DNA from: an uncultured Spirochaetota bacterium | Lineage (GTDB): Bacteria; Spirochaetota; Brevinematia; Brevinematales; JAOACQ01 | Assembly (NCBI GenBank): GCA_963835575.1 | Contig: CAWIGG010000006.1 | Location: forward strand, 1 to 64,000 | Direction: 5' to 3' | Length of the DNA stretch: 64,000 nt | Shown here: positions 30,550 through 40,056 of the stretch, one piece after another | Position numbering within the stretch: the first letter of the stretch is position 1 | Layout: each line of letters starts with the position of its first letter | The notes under the pieces: generated by a model | Database searches by the model: none | What the model was told of the DNA's origin: nothing | What the model saw: the letters and a program-made list of their open reading frames with translations, nothing else | Program-made: the position numbers and the translations under genes

Positions 30550-31992
30550 ATGGATTACGAGGTTGTTATAGGGCTGGAGGTGCATGTCCAGCTGAATACA
30601 AAGACAAAAATATTCTGTTCATGTTCCACTGAATTCGGCGCCAAACCGAACAGTCATGTCTGTCCTGTCTGCATGGGACAGCCCGGAGTTCTTCCAGTAC
30701 TTAATGAAGAAGCTTTAAATAAGGCGATAACGGCAGGACTGGCCATAAACTGCGAAATAGCCGCCTTTTCGAAATTTGACAGGAAGAATTATTTTTATCC
30801 CGACCTTCCCAAGGGCTATCAGATCTCGCAGTTTGATTTTCCCGTAGCGAAAAAAGGCTTTATTGAATTTGATATGCCGGACGGAAACGTGAAAAAAATA
30901 GGCATCACCCGCGCGCATATGGAAGAGGACGCCGGAAAGCTTGTCCATACGGAAGGCCAGCCGCACAGCTATGTGGACCTGAACCGCGCCGGTGTTCCCC
31001 TGCTTGAGATCGTATCGGAGCCGGATATGCGTTCCAGCGTTGAGGCTTTTTATTATCTGAAAGAGCTGAAGAATATCATGAAATACATAGGCGTAAGCGA
31101 TGTGAACATGGAAGAAGGGAGCCTCCGCTGCGACGCCAATGTGTCGATCCGCCCGTTAGGGCAGAAGGAATTCGGGACAAAAGTTGAAGTAAAGAATATG
31201 AATTCTTTTAACGGCGTCAAAAAAGCCATTGAATATGAAATAGAAAGGCAGAAGGAAGCGCTTTCGGAAGGAAAGACAATAATCCAGGAGACGCGCCTTT
31301 TTGACGCGGGCCAGAACAAGACGTTTTCCATGCGGAGCAAGGAAGAGGCGAATGATTACCGCTATTTCCCGGAACCGGATTTGCCGCCAATAAAGCCAGA
31401 TAAAATGAAAGTTCAAAAATTGCAGAAATCCCTGCCGGAACTGCCCAGGGCTAAAAAGCACAGGTTTATCAATGATTATAAAATAACGCTTCAGGACGCG
31501 GAAACATTGACGGATGATAATGAACTCTCTGATTATTTCGAAGAGACCGTTAAAAACACAAAAGCGGAACCGCAGAAAGCGGCGAACTGGATCCTGAGCG
31601 AAACAAATGCCTACATAAATGAAATGAAGATATCCTTCAGCGATTTTAAAAAAACTTATGTAACACCTGCCGCTAACGCTCAAATAATAAGTTATATCGC
31701 TGATGGGACGATCAGCGGGAAAATGGCAAAAGAAGTCTATTCGGATATGGTTAAAACAAAAAAATCCGCGAAGGATATCATAGAATCAAAAGGATTGAAG
31801 CAGATTTCCGATACAGGCGAGCTTGAGGCCGTTGTCGACAGGATCATCGCGGCGAATCCGGCCGAGGTTGAAAAATACAAGGCCGGGAACATGAAGGTGA
31901 TGGGCTTCTTCGTCGGCGAGGCCATGAAGGCCACAAAAGGACAGGCAAACCCGAAGGCTGTTAACGAAATCCTGAAGAAAAAACTGGGCTGA
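30550..31992 (+). CDS. gatB: Asp/Glu-tRNA amidotransferase subunit B
   Basis: IGLEVHVQL, FDRKNYFYPDLPKGYQISQ, YRYFPEPDL. Confidence 0.99.
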   Translation: MDYEVVIGLEVHVQLNTKTKIFCSCSTEFGAKPNSHVCPVCMGQPGVLPVLNEEALNKAITAGLAINCEIAAFSKFDRKNYFYPDLPKGYQISQFDFPVAKKGFIEFDMPDGNVKKIGITRAHMEEDAGKLVHTEGQPHSYVDLNRAGVPLLEIVSEPDMRSSVEAFYYLKELKNIMKYIGVSDVNMEEGSLRCDANVSIRPLGQKEFGTKVEVKNMNSFNGVKKAIEYEIERQKEALSEGKTIIQETRLFDAGQNKTFSMRSKEEANDYRYFPEPDLPPIKPDKMKVQKLQKSLPELPRAKKHRFINDYKITLQDAETLTDDNELSDYFEETVKNTKAEPQKAANWILSETNAYINEMKISFSDFKKTYVTPAANAQIISYIADGTISGKMAKEVYSDMVKTKKSAKDIIESKGLKQISDTGELEAVVDRIIAANPAEVEKYKAGNMKVMGFFVGEAMKATKGQANPKAVNEILKKKLG

Positions 31993-31999
31993 AGGAGCT

Positions 32000-33040
32000 G
32001 TGATGAAAAAGTTTTGTCTGCTGTTTATTTTTTTATGTTTGAGCCTGTCCTATTCGGAGGATTTGATCTCCATAAACGCTGTCGGCGATGTCATGATCGG
32101 CACGCTCTATCCTGTTAAGATGCTTCCTCCGGAAGAAGGCGCCAGCGCATTTAAGTTCGTCAGGCCTTATCTGACCAATGAGGCGCCGGATATTGTCATG
32201 GGCAACCTGGAAGGCACCATTACGCATTACACATATACGCATAAAGATGTCGCTTCCGGCAGGTACTGGGCTTTCCGAATGCCGCCGGAATCAGTTCATT
32301 ATTTTAAGGACGCCGGATTTACCGTGCTCACGATGGCCAATAACCATGCCTACGATTTTGAGGAAGCGGGATATAACGAAACAAGGAGCCTGCTGGATTC
32401 TGTCGGGATCCGCTATGCCGGCAAACCGGGCGAGTACCTTCAGCTTGAAATAAAAGGCAAAAAAGTGGCCGTCGTACCGTTCAGCTACTTTGATTCATCC
32501 AACAATCATCTTCATATTGAGGAATCGATGGCGTTCATCAGGCGTGTTAAAGCCACCAATGATATCATCATCATATCTTTTCATGGCGGCGCGGAGGGGG
32601 AAAAAGCCCTGCATATCAGGAACGAGCTTGAATACCACTGGGGTGAAAAAAGGGGAAGGCTGATAGAATTCAGCCATAAGGCAATTGATAACGGCGCCGA
32701 TCTCATCATCGGCAGCGGGCCGCATGTTCCCCGGGCCATGGAGATATACAAGGGAAAACTGATCGCCTATTCGCTTGGTAATTTTGCCACTTATACAATG
32801 GGAGCGAAAGGTCATGTCAAATATTCCCTTATTCTCAATGCCAAATTGGATTTAAACGGGGATTTTAATTCCGGCAGGATCATTCCCCTGATGCAGTTCG
32901 AAAGCGGGGAGTATAAGGCGCTGCCTTATTATGACGAGCAGAAAAGGAGCGTTTTTCTGATCCGGGACCTGTCCAGCCAGGATATTAAGAATAACCCCAT
33001 CCGGATTTCAGACGATGGGATCATCAGTAAAATTCAATAA
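32000..33040 (+). CDS. CapA (PGA_cap) family metallophosphoesterase
   Basis: AVGDVM, NLEG, ANNH..D, HGG.E, PHV, YSLGNF. Confidence 0.9.
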   Translation: MMKKFCLLFIFLCLSLSYSEDLISINAVGDVMIGTLYPVKMLPPEEGASAFKFVRPYLTNEAPDIVMGNLEGTITHYTYTHKDVASGRYWAFRMPPESVHYFKDAGFTVLTMANNHAYDFEEAGYNETRSLLDSVGIRYAGKPGEYLQLEIKGKKVAVVPFSYFDSSNNHLHIEESMAFIRRVKATNDIIIISFHGGAEGEKALHIRNELEYHWGEKRGRLIEFSHKAIDNGADLIIGSGPHVPRAMEIYKGKLIAYSLGNFATYTMGAKGHVKYSLILNAKLDLNGDFNSGRIIPLMQFESGEYKALPYYDEQKRSVFLIRDLSSQDIKNNPIRISDDGIISKIQ

Positions 33041-33116
33041 ATAATGAAAGAGCCGCTCAAAATGCGGAAAATCAAGCATTTTGATTCAAGTTCCCATGTT
33101 TATTAAAGGAAAAATA

Positions 33117-34151
33117 ATGAAAAGCATGATTATAATGCTCTTATTAACAACATCCGCATTGTTTGCTGAAACAAATATAATCATTAATGCCGTGGGCGAT
33201 ACGATGATCGGCACGCTCTATCCGGTCAAGCTCCTGCCGCCTGATCATGGAAAGGCCGCCCTGAATTTCGTCAGGCCTTATCTGACAAACGGGAACCCTG
33301 ATATCCTTATCGCCAATCTGGAAGGAGCGGCGACTTATTACAATAAGACTTTAAAGGATGTAAGCACGGGCAGGAGCTTTGCCTTCCAGATGCCGCCGGG
33401 CTATCTGAAATACCTGAAAGAAGCCGGCTTCAACGCCGTCAATACGGCCAACAACCATGCCCTGGATTTCGGTGAAAGGGGTTTTTCAGACACAAGGAAA
33501 TATCTCGATTTTGTCGGCATCAAATATACAGGCGCTAAAAATGAGGTTTTACAGCTCCGCATCAAGGGCAGAAAAATCGCTATTATCGGATTTACTTGGT
33601 TTGATTTTTCCAATAATATTCTTAAACTGGAAGAATGCGTCCCGTTTATCAAAGCGGTTTCGCTTTCTAATGATATTGTCATTATTGAGGTCCATGGAGG
33701 AAGCGAGGGCGAGCCGGCCCTTCATCTGACAAACACAATGGAATATTTTGGCGGCAATCCCCGCGGCAATATGGTCCGGTTCGCCCATCTGGCGGTGGAC
33801 AACGGAGCCGATCTTATCATAGGGCATAGTCCGCATGTCCCGAGGGCGATGGAATTGTATAAAAATAAGTTAATCGCTTATTCATTGGGAAATTTTGTGA
33901 CATACAGCAAATTCATCACTTCCGGTTCAAGGAAGTTCGGTTTGATACTCAATGTATCATTAAATGAAAAAGGAGATTTTATCTCAGGCAGGATTATTCC
34001 TCTCATTCAATTTACAGACGGGATTTATAAGGGAATACCGAAATATGATGAAAAAGGTAATGTGATCAAATTGATAAGAAAGCTCTCCGGGGAGGATATT
34101 AAAAACAATCCTCTCATCATCGAAAAAGACGGGACAATGATGAGAAATTAA
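33117..34151 (+). CDS. CapA family protein (tandem paralog)
   Basis: Same motifs, with GHSPHV. Confidence 0.9.
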   Translation: MKSMIIMLLLTTSALFAETNIIINAVGDTMIGTLYPVKLLPPDHGKAALNFVRPYLTNGNPDILIANLEGAATYYNKTLKDVSTGRSFAFQMPPGYLKYLKEAGFNAVNTANNHALDFGERGFSDTRKYLDFVGIKYTGAKNEVLQLRIKGRKIAIIGFTWFDFSNNILKLEECVPFIKAVSLSNDIVIIEVHGGSEGEPALHLTNTMEYFGGNPRGNMVRFAHLAVDNGADLIIGHSPHVPRAMELYKNKLIAYSLGNFVTYSKFITSGSRKFGLILNVSLNEKGDFISGRIIPLIQFTDGIYKGIPKYDEKGNVIKLIRKLSGEDIKNNPLIIEKDGTMMRN

Positions 34152-34201
34152 AAAATTATGAACTTCAGGTTTTGTATTTTATAATATAACAGGAGTAAAA
34201 A

Positions 34202-35287
34202 ATGAGATTACTATCTTTTCTGGCAGTATTAACTGTGATTTTAAGCTTGAAAGGCTTTTCAATTGAATTAAAGCTTTTAAAAACATTCCCGGAAGCCGAG
34301 GCCCCGAAATCCGTCGTTGTGTCGCCGGACGGGAAATACGCGGCTGTGATGAACCTGGAGGGGCTGAATTTCTGGCTGATCGATACGCAAACCTTAAAAA
34401 TAAAAGAAAAGGTCCAATTTACCCGGACACCGGCGAAAGGCTGGGATTATCAGAATAAAAAGCCGATAAACTCATTCGCCGAAAAGCCGGTTGAATGCGA
34501 TTTTTCAGACGGCGGCAGGTATCTTTGGGTCTCTTTTCATAACGGTGCGGATGTGGTCCGTTATGATATAACACATGCGGAATATACAAACGGCGGGGAC
34601 CTGCAGAAAGCGAAAGTATTTGATTATGAGGGAAAAACCAATTATATCACATTCATGCCCAAAATCAAAGTCGGTAAAACACCCAAGGTAATAAAAGTGA
34701 CTCCTGACGGAAAATACATACTGGTGGCGAACTGGCATTCCAGTTCCGTCAGCGTTATTGATCCGGCGCTTATGAAGAATATAATAGACATCAAGCTGGG
34801 CGGTAAAAACACCTATATTCCGAGGGGAATTGCCGTGGCCCCGGACTCGAAAACAGCTTATATTGCCAACATGGGCGGCGGGACGATCAGCTATCTGGAT
34901 CTTGCCGGTCTTCAGGTGATAAAGGATATCCCAGTTTCGCCCAATCCTAGGCATATTGTGCTGTCAAAGGACGGGAAATATCTTTATGTGTCGGAAAACG
35001 CGAACGGCATGGTTCTGAAGTTTAATCTGGAAACAGGCAAGGTGGAAAAAAGAGTGGAGGTCGGATCACAGGCCAGGACAATTGAAGTCACTCCCGACGA
35101 GAAATATTTATTCGCTGCGGCTCATTATTCCGGCAAGGTGGTTGTGGTTGACCTGGGAACATTCAAGATTGTTAAATCGGTTGAAATGGAAAGACCGATG
35201 GGAATATCCGTTTCACCTGACGGGAAACAGCTCTGGGTTACCAGCTACCAGGGAGGGTTTGTCAGGGCTTATGAAATAACCGAATAA
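34202..35287 (+). CDS. YVTN/YncE-type beta-propeller, secreted
   Basis: Repeated P.GI.VSPDGK.LYV motifs; signal peptide. Confidence 0.85.
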   Translation: MRLLSFLAVLTVILSLKGFSIELKLLKTFPEAEAPKSVVVSPDGKYAAVMNLEGLNFWLIDTQTLKIKEKVQFTRTPAKGWDYQNKKPINSFAEKPVECDFSDGGRYLWVSFHNGADVVRYDITHAEYTNGGDLQKAKVFDYEGKTNYITFMPKIKVGKTPKVIKVTPDGKYILVANWHSSSVSVIDPALMKNIIDIKLGGKNTYIPRGIAVAPDSKTAYIANMGGGTISYLDLAGLQVIKDIPVSPNPRHIVLSKDGKYLYVSENANGMVLKFNLETGKVEKRVEVGSQARTIEVTPDEKYLFAAAHYSGKVVVVDLGTFKIVKSVEMERPMGISVSPDGKQLWVTSYQGGFVRAYEITE

Positions 35288-35297
35288 GGAAATATTT

Positions 35298-36284
35298 ATG
35301 AAAATATCCGTTATCGGGGCGGGCGGTTGGGGCACAGCTCTTGCCATCCAGGCCGCGCAGAATAATGAGGTCCTGTTATGGGCTTTCAGCGAAGAAGAAG
35401 CCCGTCCTTTATTGACGAAAAAGGAAAATCCGGATTATCTTCCCGGGATTAAAATTCCGGGATCGGTTGAAATTTCCACTGATGAAAAAAAGGCTTCCGG
35501 AGCGGATATGCTGGTATTTGTTGTTCCTTCAAAATATTTAAGGAGCGTGGCTTTACGCTTTCAGCCGCATATAAAGCCTTCTCATATTATTGTCAGCGCG
35601 GCGAAGGGGCTTGAATTTCCGTCTGAAAAACGGATGAGCGAAGTTTTATCGGAAGTATTCCCGCATAATGGTATTGTGGTGATTTCCGGCCCATCCCATG
35701 CGGAAGAAGTGGCAAGAGGTGTGCCGACCAGTATCGTTGCCGCATCAAAAAACACGAATTTTGCTGAAACGGTTCAGAAGGCGTTTTCAACAGAAACGCT
35801 CAGGCTCTACCGGAACCAGGACATCATCGGCGTCGAGATAGCCGCCGCCGTAAAAAATGTGATCGCCATAGCGGCCGGTATACTGAGGGGCCTGGGCTTC
35901 GGCGACAATACAATGGCCGCGCTTATTACAAGAGGGCTGGCGGAGATCAGAAGGCTCGGCTTAAAGCTCGGCGCGAAAGAAGAGACATTTGCCGGACTGG
36001 CCGGTCTGGGCGATCTGATCGTGACCTGCATCAGCCGCTACAGCCGGAACGGGCGCGTCGGGGAAGAACTGGCCAAAGGGAAAAAAATAGGCGATATCGT
36101 ATCTTCAATGAGAATGGTCGCGGAGGGTGTTGAAACTGTTAAAACTCTGGTTCAGATGGAGCATGATTTTAATATAGAAATGCCGATATCTCATGCGGTG
36201 CATGATATTATAGAAGAGAGGCTTTCTCCGCTTGAGGCGCTGAAAAAACTCATGGCAAGGCCGCTGAAAGACGAATTTATCTAA
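35298..36284 (+). CDS. gpsA: NAD(P)H-dependent glycerol-3-phosphate dehydrogenase
   Basis: GAGGWGTALA, SGPSHA.EV, KNVIAIA, GDLIVTC.S..SRN. Confidence 0.98.
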   Translation: MKISVIGAGGWGTALAIQAAQNNEVLLWAFSEEEARPLLTKKENPDYLPGIKIPGSVEISTDEKKASGADMLVFVVPSKYLRSVALRFQPHIKPSHIIVSAAKGLEFPSEKRMSEVLSEVFPHNGIVVISGPSHAEEVARGVPTSIVAASKNTNFAETVQKAFSTETLRLYRNQDIIGVEIAAAVKNVIAIAAGILRGLGFGDNTMAALITRGLAEIRRLGLKLGAKEETFAGLAGLGDLIVTCISRYSRNGRVGEELAKGKKIGDIVSSMRMVAEGVETVKTLVQMEHDFNIEMPISHAVHDIIEERLSPLEALKKLMARPLKDEFI

Positions 36285-36295
36285 AAGAGGGAAGA

Positions 36296-37090
36296 ATGAT
36301 AATAGTTATTGACATCGGCAATACCAATATCACATTCGGCGTGTTTAAGATCCAGGATATAAAGGAACAAAAGAATATTGAACCTCTGTTCTACGGTAAT
36401 ATTCAGACGGACAAGACTATGACTACAGATGAGCTGGCCATTCAGTATCTCAATTTAAAAAAACTCTGGGGCGTGGATGAAGCCGATTTTACAGGTAAAG
36501 TGATGGTTTCAAGCGTAGTGCCCCAGTTGAACTATCAATTCAGCCATATGTTCCAGAAATATTATCATACCGAACCCTATTTTGTCCGGACGGAGGATAT
36601 TCCTCTGGATGTCCATTATGATTATCCTGAAGAAATCGGCGCCGACAGGATTGTAAACGCTTATGCCGGCAGCCTGCTTTTCCCCCGGACCAATCTTATT
36701 ATAGTGGATTTCGGGACCGCGACAACCTTTGATATTATGTCTGAAGGCCGGGTTTATGAAGGCGGGCTGATTATGACCGGCATTATGACTTCCATCAGGG
36801 CTCTGGAAGAAAAAGCGTCAAAACTGCCGCATATTGATCTTTCTTTACCGTCGAACCTTATCGCCAAAAATACTGTGGACGGGATACGCTCCGGGATCAT
36901 TAATGGCAACGGGGCCATGGTGGATGAACTCACGAAACGGATCGCCAAAGAAATGAACTGGGTCAAGTATAAAGTGCTGGCTACGGGGGGCTTAAGTCAA
37001 TTGATAAAATCATCTTCACTGACAATCGATTTAATTGATCAGCATCTAACTTTAAAAGGCTTGTATTATTTATGGGATTTAAGGAAGTAA
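36296..37090 (+). CDS. coaX: Type III pantothenate kinase
   Basis: DIGNT, SSVVP, GADR, VDFGTATT. Confidence 0.97.
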   Translation: MIIVIDIGNTNITFGVFKIQDIKEQKNIEPLFYGNIQTDKTMTTDELAIQYLNLKKLWGVDEADFTGKVMVSSVVPQLNYQFSHMFQKYYHTEPYFVRTEDIPLDVHYDYPEEIGADRIVNAYAGSLLFPRTNLIIVDFGTATTFDIMSEGRVYEGGLIMTGIMTSIRALEEKASKLPHIDLSLPSNLIAKNTVDGIRSGIINGNGAMVDELTKRIAKEMNWVKYKVLATGGLSQLIKSSSLTIDLIDQHLTLKGLYYLWDLRK

Positions 37091-38226
37091 CAACTTTATT
37101 TATTATTGCGGCCTGCATTTTTTTGTTTAAACCAAATTTGAGCAGAGGAGAGACTCTATCCTATATTACGCTTTCCTCATTTTGCCTCCAAAATCATATT
37201 GAATATAAATATAATATCAATTATAGTTTTATTGAGCTCAGCAAAATGACAAATTCGTTGAGGATCTATCTTACTCTGCCTTATATTGTCCATGGCGGAA
37301 ATGTCATTTATATGAAAGAGATATTGAAGATTAATTCAAAAGGCGATATTGAACTGCCGCCGGATTATACCGGTCAGATAGATCGGGTTCTGAATAAAGC
37401 AACCCCGGAAAAGGAAGCGACGAATTTAAAACCCCTGCCTTTGAGTAATGAAACCATAAAAAAAGATGACCTGACGAAAAAGAGTAATTATAATATCCAG
37501 GGTAATGAAAAAGGATTCAGCCCGATTGATACCATAATCATTGATCCCGGTCATGGGGGAAAGGACCCGGGAGGTCTGGGAGTTAACGGCATTAAGGAAA
37601 AGGAAATTGTGCTGGCAGTATCGAGGCTTCTTTATCAATTTTTGAAAAAAGACGGAAAATTAGGGCTTATTTTTACCAGAAAGGGTGATGAGTATGTGAC
37701 TTTGAAAGAAAGGACGGATATAACGGATAAACTGCTCAAGAAAGGAAAAAACCCTGTTTTTATCAGCATCCATGGAAATATATCGCTTAATAGAAATATT
37801 AAGGGGGTTGAGATTTATTCTCTTTCCGACAGGGCGACAGATGAAGAAGCTCTTTCGGTTGAAATGATAGAAAACGCGGGATTTTCTAAAAGCGATATTG
37901 ATAAAACGGAAGGATTTTATTTTATTATCACTGATTTATTGAAAGACGCGGTCAGAAGGCAGTCGGAACAGCTGGCGAAAGAAATAGGGAATTATATGCA
38001 CAAAACAACTTCTGCTGAAATAAGAGGCATAAAAAAGGCGAACTTTTATGTGTTAAAATACAGCAGTCTTCCCTCGGTTTTAGTAGAGATAGGTTTTCTG
38101 TCCCAATCGCAGGAAGCCAAAAAATTATTGAACCGTGAATATCAAAATAAAATCGCTCTGGGCATAAGCAATGGGATTATTGCTTTTATACATAAATATA
38201 ATGAAACAAGGGGTTTTACACAATGA
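37072..38226 (+). CDS. N-acetylmuramoyl-L-alanine amidase (Amidase_3)
   Basis: IIDPGHGGKDPG, FISIH.N, PSVLVEIGF. Confidence 0.95.
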   Translation: MGFKEVTTLFIIAACIFLFKPNLSRGETLSYITLSSFCLQNHIEYKYNINYSFIELSKMTNSLRIYLTLPYIVHGGNVIYMKEILKINSKGDIELPPDYTGQIDRVLNKATPEKEATNLKPLPLSNETIKKDDLTKKSNYNIQGNEKGFSPIDTIIIDPGHGGKDPGGLGVNGIKEKEIVLAVSRLLYQFLKKDGKLGLIFTRKGDEYVTLKERTDITDKLLKKGKNPVFISIHGNISLNRNIKGVEIYSLSDRATDEEALSVEMIENAGFSKSDIDKTEGFYFIITDLLKDAVRRQSEQLAKEIGNYMHKTTSAEIRGIKKANFYVLKYSSLPSVLVEIGFLSQSQEAKKLLNREYQNKIALGISNGIIAFIHKYNETRGFTQ

Positions 38227-38744
38227 GTACTAATAAAAAAGTCCATTTGATCATCATTGCGGGCATTCTTATTTTTGCCATAATAGCGATTCTTTTAACA
38301 ATTATCATTTCTTTCAGCAGGCCTGCCTATACTTTCTATTACCCTGATAAAGATTTAAAATCTTTAAAATCCGAAAAGAGAAACATTGAGCATAGCGATA
38401 AAAAAAATATAACAGATGAAGAACGAATTGTCAGGGAATATCTGCTTGGGCCTATTCAGTATGATTTGAAGCTGCCTCTTGATGATAAAGTTTTATTAAA
38501 AGACTTCTGGTTTATCGATAATCCGAAAAAAGTCGCGGTAATCCTCAGTTTTAATAATGTGTTTGAACAGTTTGTTATGACGAAAAATGATTCTGCATGG
38601 TGGCTGATCAACGGACTTGTTGAAACAATTAAAGCCAACACAAAAATCGAGAAACTTTATATTTTAGTCGACGGAAAGCCGTTCAGGAAAAAAGTCGGCA
38701 GCTGGAATCTGGGGTATGCAGTGCTCATCCGTACTAAAAAATAA
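38223..38744 (+). CDS. Membrane-anchored GerMN-like protein
   Basis: N-terminal TM segment, E.R, L.GP, ILVDGK; follows an amidase gene as GerMN genes often do. Confidence 0.55.
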   Translation: MSTNKKVHLIIIAGILIFAIIAILLTIIISFSRPAYTFYYPDKDLKSLKSEKRNIEHSDKKNITDEERIVREYLLGPIQYDLKLPLDDKVLLKDFWFIDNPKKVAVILSFNNVFEQFVMTKNDSAWWLINGLVETIKANTKIEKLYILVDGKPFRKKVGSWNLGYAVLIRTKK

Positions 38745-38867
38745 ATATTTTCCTCTATTAAACTTTTAAAGGTCTGTTTCCGATTATAATGATAACTTAA
38801 AAGGCAGAACGGCTCTATTGGTAATATCGGCCGGTCTTTTAAATACATTAGTTTTTTGAAAAAAATA

Positions 38868-38895
38868 TTGACATATTTAAAATTAGTTATAAAAT
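38868..38895 (+). promoter_or_regulatory. Sigma70-type promoter of flaA
   Basis: TTGACA-16 bp-TAAAAT. Confidence 0.6.
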
Positions 38896-38938
38896 AATTG
38901 CTATACGGAAATGAATTATTTTTTTAAAGGAGTGATAT

Positions 38939-39970
38939 ATGATGAAAGGAGTTTTGTGGTTTTTCGTAAGCTTATTTTTAATGATCAGTTCAGTTTCTTT
39001 CTCTGCTGTTAAAAAAATGCTGATTGACTTCAATGTATATGATCAAAATATAGGTCAGGTGGCTGAGAAAGATAATAAGATCCATGCTGATATGGTGACT
39101 AAGGGCAAGGCGATTGACCTGAGCCAGTACGGCTATCCACAGGTTGAGTTTACCGGGTCCGACTGGGCGGTTGACAAGTGGAGGATTATACTGGCATCTT
39201 CTGCCAATACCGTCAGGAACAATGTGCTTTCCTATACTCAAAAAGTTCCCAGCAAAAAGTTCGGCGACGTGCTGGGCTGCAGGATCCATTTCATTGAAGG
39301 CAGATTTTTATCCTGGGCAGTCATTGAGCCGCCATTTGATTTCTATCCTTATTATGACGACGGTTCAGATGTGAACGTGAATGATTCCAAGGAAGAAAAC
39401 AGTCTGGTAACGGGCATCCTGATGAATGTCGGACAGATTAAGTCCGTTTCTGCATGGATTTATGGGCTTAATTATCAGATGCAGGCAAGCGTCCGCATCC
39501 GCGACAGGAATGATATAGTTCAGGATTATTTTATGGGTTCTGTATTCTATGACGGCTGGAGAAAGCTGGTCTGGACAAATCCGGATTATACAGACCAGAT
39601 CCAGGACAGGGTTTTACAGAGAGTTGCTCTTTATCCAAAGAGTTATCCTTTTGTCGCTTTTGATTCCTTTGCCGTATATAAACCCGAAATGGAAAAGGGC
39701 GGCGATTTTGTGATTTACTTCAAAGATGTTGAAGTGGAATATGATAGAGCGATCATCCGTGAAGAGCTTGATATTGAAGATGAGGCCGCATGGGGTATCT
39801 TGGCCGCTGAAAGATTAAAGAAAAGGGTTAGTGACCTCAGAACTATCGGCGAAAAGATTTATCTCTACAAACAGGAAGAGAAGAGGCAGAAAGCCGCTAC
39901 TGACCAGAACGCTCCTACAAAAACAACGACGCCTACTACACCAACTACCACAACTTCTACAAACAAATAA
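38939..39970 (+). CDS. flaA: Flagellar filament outer-layer (sheath) protein FlaA
   Basis: Signal peptide; NVGQIKSV..W.YG.N, MGS..YDGW.KL.W.NP.Y, LYP...P, DI.DE..WGI. Confidence 0.88.
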   Translation: MMKGVLWFFVSLFLMISSVSFSAVKKMLIDFNVYDQNIGQVAEKDNKIHADMVTKGKAIDLSQYGYPQVEFTGSDWAVDKWRIILASSANTVRNNVLSYTQKVPSKKFGDVLGCRIHFIEGRFLSWAVIEPPFDFYPYYDDGSDVNVNDSKEENSLVTGILMNVGQIKSVSAWIYGLNYQMQASVRIRDRNDIVQDYFMGSVFYDGWRKLVWTNPDYTDQIQDRVLQRVALYPKSYPFVAFDSFAVYKPEMEKGGDFVIYFKDVEVEYDRAIIREELDIEDEAAWGILAAERLKKRVSDLRTIGEKIYLYKQEEKRQKAATDQNAPTKTTTPTTPTTTTSTNK

Positions 39971-40020
39971 AGGGCCGCCGGCAGTTTTGTTAACTTAAAG
40001 CGAGAGAAAGTTTTATAATA

Positions 40021-40054
40021 AATAGGGGGATGAGCATGGCTCATCCCCCTATTT
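40021..40054. terminator. Bidirectional terminator between convergent genes
   Basis: AATAGGGGGATGAGC/GCTCATCCCCCTATT perfect stem. Confidence 0.85.
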
Positions 40055-40056
40055 AT

